From Nannocystales bacterium (lineage in GTDB: Bacteria; Myxococcota_A; Polyangia; Nannocystales; Nannocystaceae), in the NCBI GenBank assembly GCA_050633305.1, contig JBOEGF010000004.1, positions 416,878-480,877 on the forward strand: 64,000 nt of DNA, read 5' to 3'. Made by a program: the position numbers and the translations under genes. Below are positions 1 through 9,046 of this stretch, piece after piece (positions within the stretch are counted from its first letter, which is position 1; every line of letters begins with the position of its first letter). A model generated the notes under the pieces. The model was given only the letters and a program-made list of their open reading frames with translations. It was not told the origin of the DNA and searched no databases.

Positions 1-1386
1 CAGCGCACCGACCTGTTTTCGCTGGGCATCCTGCTCTACCAGCTCGCCACCGGCACGCTCCCCTTCTCGGGCCGCAATCCGCACGAGGTCCTCAACCGCA
101 TCGCGGACGGAGACTTTCCACCGCCGTCCTCGATCTGCCCGCTCGTCGACCGAGACCTCGAGGCGATCATCGAGGTCTCCCTCGCGACGTCCCCCGACGA
201 GCGCTACCAAAGCGCGGAGACCTTCGCCAAGGAGCTGGAACGGTACCTCGAAGAAACCGGTGTCTCGCCCACGCCCGCCGAACTCAAGGCCTACTTCAAC
301 GACCCGACGACCTACGTCTGCGAGCTCGACGAGCGGGTCGCAAAGACGCTGATGGACCGTGCCGCGGTTGCTTCTCAACAAGGGCACACCGCACGCGCCG
401 TCGCCCTGCTCGGCCGAGTGCTCGAGATCGACAACGCGCACAGCGGCGCGCGTGCGTTGCTGGACAAGGTCCGCCGCCGGGAGCGTCGCTTGCGGCACAT
501 GCTGTTGGCGGCCGGGGCGCTGGCCCTCACCGGATTGATCGCCGCCGGCGTGATGCTGGTGCCCGAGGCGACCATGCCGGGGCAGGTCGCGGCCGCCGCG
601 TCCGACTCCTCCGCCGCGGCCCGCGGCAAGGCGGACCCCACCGAGCGATCCTCCAACTCCGGGGCCGACCCGAGCACTGAACTACTGGCTACGCTGCCCT
701 CCTCCGACCCGAGCGAGACCTCGGTCTCCCCTGCGGCGGAGCGCGACGAGGACGCAGTGGCTCCGCCCCAACCGGCCACGGCCGGAGACCCCCCGGCGTC
801 CGACACTGCATCGGCCGCGCCGACCCCTGCCGACGTTCAGCCGGTTGCGGTCCGCCCTCCCCCGGGCCGTCGACCCAAGCGGACCAACCCCGCGCCGAGC
901 GGGCCGCAGCCGTTTTCCTGCAAAGTGCAGCTCACGAATATCCCGTTCAGCACGGCACGCAATCACAAGCTGCAGGTCGGCAACCGGGAGACCCTGGCGA
1001 TCGACGCGCGGACGATCCCACTCAAGCTCGAGCGGGAGACGACGGTCGGGCTGACCGGCGGGAACTGGCGGGGGACGCTCCGGCTGACCCCCGAGCTCTG
1101 CGCCAAAGGCACCGTCAATCTCCCGGCCCAACCCCGGCCGGCCAAGGTGAGCATCTCCGGCGTCCCGCCCAAGACGGTCATCAAATGCATGAAGGGATGT
1201 GCAGGCGACGACATCGGGGCCAACCAGGCCACCGACAAAGTGCTACGACCGATCCCCCTGGATGGGAGTGGCTCCCAGCGGGTCGTGTTCAAACTTCAGG
1301 CCGAGGGCTATCGACCCAAGCGCGTCGAGCGGACCGTCCACGCCGGAGCACAGACGCTCCAGATCAAGCTCGAGCGCCGGGAGTAG
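1..1386 (+). CDS. Membrane Ser/Thr protein kinase, 5'-truncated by the window (kinase C-lobe, TPR-like helices, TM, Pro/Ser linker, PEGA-like beta domains)
   Basis: Frame 1 is open from base 1: QRTDLFSLGILLYQLATGTLPF...DERYQSA (Hanks subdomains IX-XI), continuous with ORF 352..1386; hydrophobic TM LLAAGALALTGLIAAGVMLV. Confidence 0.9.
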   Translation, partial: QRTDLFSLGILLYQLATGTLPFSGRNPHEVLNRIADGDFPPPSSICPLVDRDLEAIIEVSLATSPDERYQSAETFAKELERYLEETGVSPTPAELKAYFNDPTTYVCELDERVAKTLMDRAAVASQQGHTARAVALLGRVLEIDNAHSGARALLDKVRRRERRLRHMLLAAGALALTGLIAAGVMLVPEATMPGQVAAAASDSSAAARGKADPTERSSNSGADPSTELLATLPSSDPSETSVSPAAERDEDAVAPPQPATAGDPPASDTASAAPTPADVQPVAVRPPPGRRPKRTNPAPSGPQPFSCKVQLTNIPFSTARNHKLQVGNRETLAIDARTIPLKLERETTVGLTGGNWRGTLRLTPELCAKGTVNLPAQPRPAKVSISGVPPKTVIKCMKGCAGDDIGANQATDKVLRPIPLDGSGSQRVVFKLQAEGYRPKRVERTVHAGAQTLQIKLERRE

Positions 1387-1434
1387 GCTCGCCATCCACG
1401 CCAAGGGTGGGATACTCTCCGCCCAGAAGCAGGA

Positions 1435-2544
1435 ATGCTGGCGTTGGTTCAGAGTCTGGCTGCGGTGATCGTGGCGGCGTCGTTGACGGTTGCTCCGGCG
1501 GTTCCCGAGGTGGATGCACCTGCGCCGCCCACCGATTCGGGTGACGCGTCTGGATCCCCCGACCCGTCGGGGCGCTCCACGGAGCCTTCCACGGAGAGCG
1601 TCGAAGAGGCCTCGAACGCACCCGACCGAGACGGTGCGATCGTTGCGGCCGAGGAAGCCTGGAACCGCGGAGACTATCTGGAAGTCCGAGGACTGCTCGA
1701 ACCGATCGCGGACAACGATCCCCTCGATGACCGAGTCGAGCGCGAGAAGGTGCTCGTGTTGCTCGCTGACGCGACACTCTCGGACTCGACACTGCCCAGC
1801 GACGAGCGACAGGTTCGGGTCACCGGGCATCTGTCTCGATTGATGGACAACAACCCACAGTGGCGACTGCCCCGGAAGGTCTACTCCCCCGAGCTGTACG
1901 ATCTGTACCTCGACGTCCGTGAGCGACGCCTGGCCAATGCCGGTTCCCAGTGCGAGGCCGACAAGCTCGCATGTGAAGCCGACGCCGACGCCGTGGGAGC
2001 CGAACTCACCGACACGCAGCGTGACCTCGATCTCTTGCAGGAGCAGTACGACTCCCAAGAGGTGAGGATCGGCGAGAAACGCTCGCGGGCTCTGGCGCTT
2101 ATCCCGCTGGGGATCAGTCATTTCTTCAATGGGGACCGCGCCATCGGCGCAACGTTCCTCGCAGTCGAGGCGGGCGTCGGCATCGCCGGCATTTCCCTGC
2201 TGGCGGTCCGCGCCACGGTCCACGGGTGCGACCGCCAGCGCAACTTCCAATCCGGCTCGCTGGTTTGCAACCCGCGCGGGAACATCACCGAGAGCGACGT
2301 CGTCCGCCGCCGAAAAGCGGAAGAGGCGATGGCGTGGGTCTTCGTCGGAACCGTGGCGTTGGACATCCTCATCGCCCAGCTGCGGTTCAAGGAGTTCGAG
2401 CTCACCGACAGCGTGCCGCGCTCCGAGTTGGAGGGGTACGAGCAACGCAAGCGTCGGCGCGGCCGAAGGCCGCGTGCTACCGTCCGACCGACGACCGGAG
2501 CCTCCCGCAAAGGGGCGTCGATGGGACTCCGCGTCGACTTTTAG
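1435..2544 (+). CDS. Exported TPR-like/coiled-coil protein with hydrophobic segments and a C-terminal aromatic beta strand
   Basis: Signal-like N-terminus, TPR-like AAEEAWNRGDYLEVRGLL, coiled coil, hydrophobic helices, ends GASMGLRVDF. Confidence 0.7.
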   Translation: MLALVQSLAAVIVAASLTVAPAVPEVDAPAPPTDSGDASGSPDPSGRSTEPSTESVEEASNAPDRDGAIVAAEEAWNRGDYLEVRGLLEPIADNDPLDDRVEREKVLVLLADATLSDSTLPSDERQVRVTGHLSRLMDNNPQWRLPRKVYSPELYDLYLDVRERRLANAGSQCEADKLACEADADAVGAELTDTQRDLDLLQEQYDSQEVRIGEKRSRALALIPLGISHFFNGDRAIGATFLAVEAGVGIAGISLLAVRATVHGCDRQRNFQSGSLVCNPRGNITESDVVRRRKAEEAMAWVFVGTVALDILIAQLRFKEFELTDSVPRSELEGYEQRKRRRGRRPRATVRPTTGASRKGASMGLRVDF

Positions 2545-2595
2545 CCGATTAGAGCTTGATCCTTACTGCTACGCTGCGACGCCGACTCTGCGCCC

Positions 2596-4431
2596 ATGCC
2601 GTATTTCCAGTACTCCCGTGATGGGCAGGTCCAACGCTATGCCATCGTCCGAAACCTTACGACGATCGGCTCCGCCACCGAGTCAGACCTGCGCCTCGAC
2701 ACCGCTGATGTTGCCGCGTCTCACTGCACGCTGATTCACGAGCCCGGTCGGTACCGACTCGAGAGTACTCAGCGCAGCACCCCGTTCTTCGTTCGGGGAA
2801 AGAAGATGCGGGCGCACGACGTCAAGCACGGCGACACGATCGCCGTGGGCAACGTGGAGCTGGTGTTCTCCGCGGTGGACGCAGCCCCCCTGCCCGCCGA
2901 GGAGAAACCCGATGACAACCGCGGCGTAGAGCTCGCTCGGGAGGCGATGAGCCAGCTGCTTCAGTTCTCGGAGCTGCTGCTCAAGCCCGAGAACGCACTC
3001 GATGCGATCTTGTCGGAGCTGATCGACTCCGTCGTTGCCATGACCCGGGCCAACAAGGGCTTCTTGGTGTTGGCCACCGCAGGCGAGGACAACTACGAGG
3101 TCCGTGTCGCTCGCAACCTGGAGCGACAACCCGTCGATTCCCCCAGTGAACTGCTCTCGGACAACATCATCCGGGAGGTCATCACGACCAGCAAGGCGCA
3201 GATCATCTCCGACGCCTTCGTCGATGAGCGTTACCAAAACAGCCTCTCCGTCATCAACCTCAAGCTCAGCTCGGTGATGTGCGTGCCGCTGATGGTGCGT
3301 GGCGAGATGCTCGGGCTGATCTACGTCGGCAACGATTCGGTCCGAAACCTCTTCCGCCCCGACCAGCTCGAGACCCTCAAAATCTTCGCGTCCCAGGCCG
3401 CGCTCATCCTCAAGAACGCGCAGGTCTTGGGCGAGCTTCGCCAAGAGAGTGAGCAACTCGCCCAGAAGCTCGAAGACGTGAAGTTCGGACAGATCATCGG
3501 CGGATGCCCGCAGATGATCGAGGTCTACAACCGCGTGGAGAAGGTCGCCTCCACCGACATCACCGTCCTGATCAGTGGCGAGACGGGCACCGGGAAGGAA
3601 CTCATCGCGAAGGAGATCCACAACCGGTCTCCCCGTGCCGACCAACCCTTCATCACGGTCAACTGTGGCGCCATTCCGGAGAACCTGATCGAGTCGGAGC
3701 TGTTCGGCCACATCAAGGGCGCATTCACGGGTGCGATCGCCAACCAGGCGGGCAAGTTTCTCTCCGCGGCGGGCGGCACCATCTTCCTCGACGAGATCGG
3801 AGAGCTGCCGCTCCAGCTTCAGGTCAAACTGCTGCGTGTCCTGCAGGAAAAGCAGGTCCAGCGGGTCGGCGAGGCGAAGACGACCCCGGTCGATGTTCGA
3901 GTCGTCGCGGCCACCAACCGCGACCTCACCGAGGAGGTCAAGGGCGGCCGGTTCCGTGAAGACCTCTTCTTCCGCCTCAACGTCATCGGTGTCGCCCTGC
4001 CACCGCTTCGAGCACGAGGCGACGATGTCCTGCTCATCGCGCGCTACCTGCTGGGCCGCTACGGCACCCAGTACGGCAAGGACGTCGACCCGAACTCCGC
4101 ATTCTCCCCGTCCGCGGTCCGCTCGATGATGAAGTTCTCCTGGCCGGGCAACATCCGCCAGCTCGAGAACCACCTGAAGAAGGCCTTGGTCCTCGCCGAC
4201 GGCCCGCAGATCACCGCCAAGGATCTCGACCTCGATGTGCTCGAGGGCTCGAGTACCGAGGAGGACGTGACGCTGCCCCTGGCCGAAGCCCGGGAGAATT
4301 GGCAACGCGAGTACATCAACCGCGTGTTGGCACTCAACGGCGGCAACCGGACGAAGACCGCCCGCGATCTGGGCGTCGACCCGCGGACCATCTTCCGGCA
4401 CCTCGAGAAGTCGGAGAAGCGGCCGGGATGA
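2596..4431 (+). CDS. Sigma-54-dependent enhancer-binding protein (FHA-like, GAF, AAA+, Fis HTH)
   Basis: Walker [15 protein letters not shown], Walker [29 protein letters not shown]-terminal HTH; GAF SVMCVPL...GLIYV. Confidence 0.95.
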   Translation: MPYFQYSRDGQVQRYAIVRNLTTIGSATESDLRLDTADVAASHCTLIHEPGRYRLESTQRSTPFFVRGKKMRAHDVKHGDTIAVGNVELVFSAVDAAPLPAEEKPDDNRGVELAREAMSQLLQFSELLLKPENALDAILSELIDSVVAMTRANKGFLVLATAGEDNYEVRVARNLERQPVDSPSELLSDNIIREVITTSKAQIISDAFVDERYQNSLSVINLKLSSVMCVPLMVRGEMLGLIYVGNDSVRNLFRPDQLETLKIFASQAALILKNAQVLGELRQESEQLAQKLEDVKFGQIIGGCPQMIEVYNRVEKVASTDITVLISGETGTGKELIAKEIHNRSPRADQPFITVNCGAIPENLIESELFGHIKGAFTGAIANQAGKFLSAAGGTIFLDEIGELPLQLQVKLLRVLQEKQVQRVGEAKTTPVDVRVVAATNRDLTEEVKGGRFREDLFFRLNVIGVALPPLRARGDDVLLIARYLLGRYGTQYGKDVDPNSAFSPSAVRSMMKFSWPGNIRQLENHLKKALVLADGPQITAKDLDLDVLEGSSTEEDVTLPLAEARENWQREYINRVLALNGGNRTKTARDLGVDPRTIFRHLEKSEKRPG

Positions 4432-5252
4432 ACCCCGCGCGCGCAGGGCTGCTCGCCACGCTCGCGCTCGGCAGCGCGTGCATCATTCCCGACACCAACA
4501 TCAACGTGCAGCCGAACCGGAACAACCCCGGTGCGGTCCGCATCGTCCAGGCAGTCGCGTTGTCGACTCAAGCGAACGAGGCGTGTGCGGACGAGCCCGG
4601 GTTTGAGGTCTGCCCGGTGCCGCCCGACACGGTCGTGCCCGGTCTCATCGAGATCGAGAACCAGGCGTTTTGCGCCTGCGAAGGCGGTGCACGCGACGCC
4701 AACGCCCTGGGCGGGTTTGGGATCTTCGTCGAGGATCCGGACGTCGATGACGACGGCGTCCCCCGAGACACACTGATCGGCGCGTTCCTCCTCGACGTCG
4801 ATCCGGACGCTGGGTCCCTTTCGCAATTCGTCGCGTACACCAACTACTTCCCGACCAGCGGTTCCGCGGAGCGCATCCCAGCGGGCGCCTACGAGCAGCC
4901 TATCGAGCGACCCGCGAGCAACCTCCAGGAGTGGACGCTCGGCCTCGAGACGACGGTCGACCTCTGCAACGACAACAACGGGACCCCCCTGTCGGCGGGT
5001 TTGCACAGCCTTCGCCTGATCGTCACCGATCGTCCGTGGCCCTATCCTGTCCGCGTCGACGAGGACGGACTCCCGATGCGTATAGGACGGGACGGGCCTT
5101 TCCTCCGCGACGAAACGGCAGACGAACTCGTGGGCGTGCCGGACACCCCCGCAGGTGCGAGCTATGACGTCGTGGACTTCGTGTTCCGGTGCCTGGATGA
5201 AAGCTCCGACGAAGGCATGAACGCCTGCAGCTGTGAGGAGGTCGAGGGATGA
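4428..5252 (+). CDS. Cys-rich acidic lipoprotein (paralog of the next gene)
   Basis: ATG at 4428 overlaps the upstream TGA (ATGA); lipobox-like LALGSAC; motifs shared with 5249..6091. Confidence 0.8.
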   Translation: MNPARAGLLATLALGSACIIPDTNINVQPNRNNPGAVRIVQAVALSTQANEACADEPGFEVCPVPPDTVVPGLIEIENQAFCACEGGARDANALGGFGIFVEDPDVDDDGVPRDTLIGAFLLDVDPDAGSLSQFVAYTNYFPTSGSAERIPAGAYEQPIERPASNLQEWTLGLETTVDLCNDNNGTPLSAGLHSLRLIVTDRPWPYPVRVDEDGLPMRIGRDGPFLRDETADELVGVPDTPAGASYDVVDFVFRCLDESSDEGMNACSCEEVEG

Positions 5253-6091
5253 GCCGCCGTTGTTCCTTGGGGGCGGCGCTTTTCTTCGGCGCCTGCATCA
5301 TCCCCGATCGTGGGATTCAGCTCGAGGGGGGACCCTCCAACCCTGGCGCGGTCCGCATCCTCAAACCCACGCTGGTTCCCGAGCAGTGGACACAGTGGTG
5401 CGACGACATCGACACCGACGCGGTCATCGAGGATGGGACCTCGGCGTTCTGTCCTCAGGTTCGAGCCACCCGTCCGGGCGGTTTGGTCGATCAAGGCACC
5501 TTCTGCGTTTGCCCGCAGGGCCAGTGGGACACCGATGCGCCCGAGCTATGGACGATCTACGCCGAGGATCCGGACCTTGACGGCGACGACCCCGAAGACA
5601 CGCTGTACGGAGTGTTGCTGCTCGATCCGGATCCTCTGTCCGAGCAACCAACCGCAGCGGTCGCATTCCAAAACTACCTCGAGCCTTGCGCGCCCGGTGC
5701 CCCCATTTCCCCGGAAGAGGTCAGGAAACCAGTCTCGACGGCGAGCGAGGCCGAGAGAACTTTCATCGAGCGAGTCGTGCCGTCGATTGGCCGCAACCCC
5801 GCGCCCCAGTGGGCGTTTGAGATCGACGACGCGGTCAGCGACCACATCGATCTGTGCAACAACAACAACGGGAACCCGCTTCCCCTGGGCCTGCACAATC
5901 TCCAGTTCATGGTCACGGACCGGCCGTTCTTCCGTGCGAGTCGTGACGACTCCGACCTTCAACGGGAGCAGTGCGGCGTTCCGGACGTGGCCGCGGGGGC
6001 GACGTACGCGGTCACCAACTACGTGTTCGAGTGCCTCGATGGAACACTCGAAGAAAACGACGGCATCTGCGGCTGTGAGGACGAGGAGTGA
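5249..6091 (+). CDS. Cys-rich acidic lipoprotein (paralog of the previous gene)
   Basis: ATGA overlap; LFFGAC-IIPD lipobox-like; shared motifs. Confidence 0.8.
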   Translation: MSRRCSLGAALFFGACIIPDRGIQLEGGPSNPGAVRILKPTLVPEQWTQWCDDIDTDAVIEDGTSAFCPQVRATRPGGLVDQGTFCVCPQGQWDTDAPELWTIYAEDPDLDGDDPEDTLYGVLLLDPDPLSEQPTAAVAFQNYLEPCAPGAPISPEEVRKPVSTASEAERTFIERVVPSIGRNPAPQWAFEIDDAVSDHIDLCNNNNGNPLPLGLHNLQFMVTDRPFFRASRDDSDLQREQCGVPDVAAGATYAVTNYVFECLDGTLEENDGICGCEDEE

Positions 6092-8517
6092 AGCGCCCGT
6101 TCCTCAGGTTGGTGGCTCTCATCGCCCTGACCAGCTGCAGCTCGCTTGCGCCCAAGCCTCCCGAGGTGGAGTGCATCACCAACGAGGACTGCAACGAAGA
6201 CCCCGGATTCGTCTGCGACCTTGGCGTGTGCCGCGACGGGGGAGACGCGCCTCCGCTGGCGCTCATCGGCTTCGACCTCCAGGAAGTCGCTGGCGGGCAG
6301 GCTCAGTTTCGAACCGAGATCGCCGGATGCGACCGAGAGGTTCTGAGCGAGGGGACCACGATCCCTGTGCTCACCCTGCCTCGCCACGAACTCGCGCGCC
6401 GACTGGAGCTGGGGGTGGTCAGCGGCGCAGATGAGGTTCCCCTGCCCGCGACGTTCGAGCTGACCCAGGGTTCCCGGTTCAAGCGAGACCCCCATCGCCG
6501 CCTGGTCCGCTTCGAGCCGCTTCCCGAAGAGTCGCTCGAGGACGCACTCGTCGAGGTTTCGTGGCCTCGTTACTTTGTCGACAACTTTGTCGACGACTTT
6601 GTCGACAACCCGCTGCCGTACCTCGGTGAAGGGGGATACCTGGTGTGGTTGACTCAGCCACTCTCGGTGGAGGACTCGGTCCCCGCTGCCCAGCGTTATC
6701 AGCAGCTGGCCCCACCCGCCACCCTGACCGGAGAGATGCAGCGCTCCTGTTTGACGGACCTCGACTGCTGTCCAGACGCAGAGACGTGCGAGCCCGAGGA
6801 CTTCCGACACGCTTGCGTGACCTCGCTCCGAGAGTGTCGCGACCCGTCCAACGAAGCCGTCCGTTACACCTACGTCTACACCGATGCGTGCGACCGTCTC
6901 GTCGAGGGGCGCGTCGTCGTCGTCGACGAACAGCTCTCCATCCTTCGGCCTCTTCCCGAGACCAGTCTCTCGATGCGGCACGCAGATCCGGACCGCGTCG
7001 CTCCCCTCGGACTCCCACGTCTGGACATCACGGCGCTCGAGCTGCGCGAGCCCGAGTGCACGGCGGACGACGAGTGCGCCGAAGGGCTGATCTGCAACGA
7101 AGACACCGAGCAGTGCGAGCTCCCATTGGCCGGATTCACGGCGTGGACCGGTACCGTCACCCCCGACGCCGAACCCGGGTTTGAAGGACAGTTCGACGCC
7201 CACGTCTACAACTACTGCGACGGGCTTCCCGAGGGCCCGCCTGTGCTCCGCAGCTTCGACGTCACCGTCACCCCACCCGAAGAGTCCAACTTGCCCACGA
7301 TCGTCCTGCGATCCGACGTGGTGTTCTCCCCGTTGCAGGCCGGGGGCCAGAAGCCCCCCGCATCCTTCGGTGGCGACTTGTGCGTGCCGGAGTTTGGCGC
7401 GACCCAAGACATCACGTTGGCGCTGTCGGGCGAACCCCGCACCCTCCTGACCGACTACAGCTGCTGTGACGTCGACTGCTTGCCTCGAACCAAGGAAGAT
7501 GCAGACGACCCACCCCAGCCCCCGACGCTGTGTTCCGGGGCCAGCGCCGGCGCCGCCGCGACCTTCCGTGCCGAGTCCCCCTTGCAGTTCGATGAGCAAC
7601 AACTCGAGGCCTGGAACGCCGAAGACTCGCCATGCGTCGGCGTGCGCGCCGACGAAGACGGCACCGTCGGCGTCATCCGGAGCTCGGGAGCTTGCGGGAC
7701 TCCGGACGACAGCGGCGCGACGACGCCGCAGCAGTGCGACCTGAGTCTCCGGGACAACGGCGACACACCACGGACGTACGACCTTCGCATCGAGACTCCG
7801 CCCGGTTCTGTCCTCGGCTCAGTCGACACGGAACTCACCGTCGACGCCGCGGCCGGGACGACACTCACGCCCGTGGAGCTTCCCCAGCGCGTCCTCGTGC
7901 GAGGCCGGGTCGTCGTGGAGGACTGTGTCGAGACCGACGAAGACGACAGCGACTGCGGGAGTCCCGGCGCCAAGGTCCTTGCGGAACGGGTGCGGATGGC
8001 CGGAGAGTCGGAAGCCAACGTGGCCGGCCCCTACTTCCACCAGATCTCGACGTTCTTCGATCCCACAGAGGGGCCCGGGCAAAACGCGGGGGCGTACGTC
8101 CTCCCGCTCGACCCCGGGGTCTGGGTGGTCACCGCCCTGCCAGACAGCGGAACCGACGGCGGGCCTGCGAAGATCTCCGTGCTCGACTTGCGAACGGGCC
8201 CCGCGGACTTTCCGTTCGACTTCCAGCTGGAGGGCGGCATCCTCGTCACCGTCGACGTGAGCAGCTTCGACCGGCGCTCAGAAATGATCCCACTCGACAC
8301 CGGGAGCTACGAGGACCTCTCCAACCCGGACACCGGCGTGGCGCTGGATCTCGGCGCAGCCGGCGAATGCCTGTCCAGTGAGGGAGCCAGCGTCGGCTGC
8401 CGCATTCGGCGCCTGGTCGGGGGGTCCTCCCTCCCGCCCTCCCAGATCGGACAGGTCCGATTCACGGCCCGGAGTCGCGAGACCAACACCGCAGCGGACT
8501 GCACACCGCCTTCGTGA
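6088..8517 (+). CDS. Large Cys-rich lipoprotein with CxxxxDC-type modules and carboxypeptidase-regulatory-like beta-sandwich segments
   Basis: GTGA overlap; lipobox LTSC; CITNEDC, CLTDLDC, CTADDEC motifs; YVLPLDPGVWVVTALP. Confidence 0.8.
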   Translation: MKRPFLRLVALIALTSCSSLAPKPPEVECITNEDCNEDPGFVCDLGVCRDGGDAPPLALIGFDLQEVAGGQAQFRTEIAGCDREVLSEGTTIPVLTLPRHELARRLELGVVSGADEVPLPATFELTQGSRFKRDPHRRLVRFEPLPEESLEDALVEVSWPRYFVDNFVDDFVDNPLPYLGEGGYLVWLTQPLSVEDSVPAAQRYQQLAPPATLTGEMQRSCLTDLDCCPDAETCEPEDFRHACVTSLRECRDPSNEAVRYTYVYTDACDRLVEGRVVVVDEQLSILRPLPETSLSMRHADPDRVAPLGLPRLDITALELREPECTADDECAEGLICNEDTEQCELPLAGFTAWTGTVTPDAEPGFEGQFDAHVYNYCDGLPEGPPVLRSFDVTVTPPEESNLPTIVLRSDVVFSPLQAGGQKPPASFGGDLCVPEFGATQDITLALSGEPRTLLTDYSCCDVDCLPRTKEDADDPPQPPTLCSGASAGAAATFRAESPLQFDEQQLEAWNAEDSPCVGVRADEDGTVGVIRSSGACGTPDDSGATTPQQCDLSLRDNGDTPRTYDLRIETPPGSVLGSVDTELTVDAAAGTTLTPVELPQRVLVRGRVVVEDCVETDEDDSDCGSPGAKVLAERVRMAGESEANVAGPYFHQISTFFDPTEGPGQNAGAYVLPLDPGVWVVTALPDSGTDGGPAKISVLDLRTGPADFPFDFQLEGGILVTVDVSSFDRRSEMIPLDTGSYEDLSNPDTGVALDLGAAGECLSSEGASVGCRIRRLVGGSSLPPSQIGQVRFTARSRETNTAADCTPPS
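6572..6609. repeat. 12-bp tandem repeat x3 (ACTTTGTCGACA/G), in frame
   Basis: actttgtcgaca actttgtcgacg actttgtcgaca encodes YFVDNFVDDFVDN. Confidence 0.9.
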
Positions 8518-8597
8518 CCCCGCGCACGCGGCGTGACTATTGATTTTACCGGCTTTTTTGGCGGCGACCGGAAAAGACGTTCAACGCTCCGCGAGCC

Positions 8598-9035
8598 TTG
8601 ACCGCCCGCGCCGACCCGCGCGACACTGCGCTCCTGGCGAAGCAGGGTTCCCATCCGCAACGGAGCCGGACCCTCACCCGGTCCCTCTTTTGGGTGCGTC
8701 TCATCGGTCTCGTTGCCATCATCGGCTATGGGGTCCTCGGCGCGTATGAAGGCGTTTCTCAACAACGCACAGGCCTCTCCGCCAGAGAGATCGATTGCCC
8801 ATACCGGGTGAGTCTCATCCGAGACCGGGTCGTAGCCCTGACCCAGCGTTTACCGCATCAGAGCCTTCACGACCCCCAAGACGATGTCGTTTCCACGCTC
8901 ATCCGCGAGACTCAGGCGGCCTGCCCCGAACCCGATGCCCAGCGCAAGCTGGAGCGCATCTCGGAGAGGCTCGGCGCGTACCAACGCAACCGCGCCGAGG
9001 ATGCAAAGGCCCGCCATGAATTGCTCGCGCTTTAG
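8598..9035 (+). CDS. Small single-pass membrane protein, hypothetical
   Basis: One TM (LFWVRLIGLVAIIGYGVLGAY) then a helical domain with a Cys pair; fills the gap before the helicase; start uncertain. Confidence 0.65.
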   Translation: MTARADPRDTALLAKQGSHPQRSRTLTRSLFWVRLIGLVAIIGYGVLGAYEGVSQQRTGLSAREIDCPYRVSLIRDRVVALTQRLPHQSLHDPQDDVVSTLIRETQAACPEPDAQRKLERISERLGAYQRNRAEDAKARHELLAL

Positions 9036-9046
9036 GAATTCCACCT

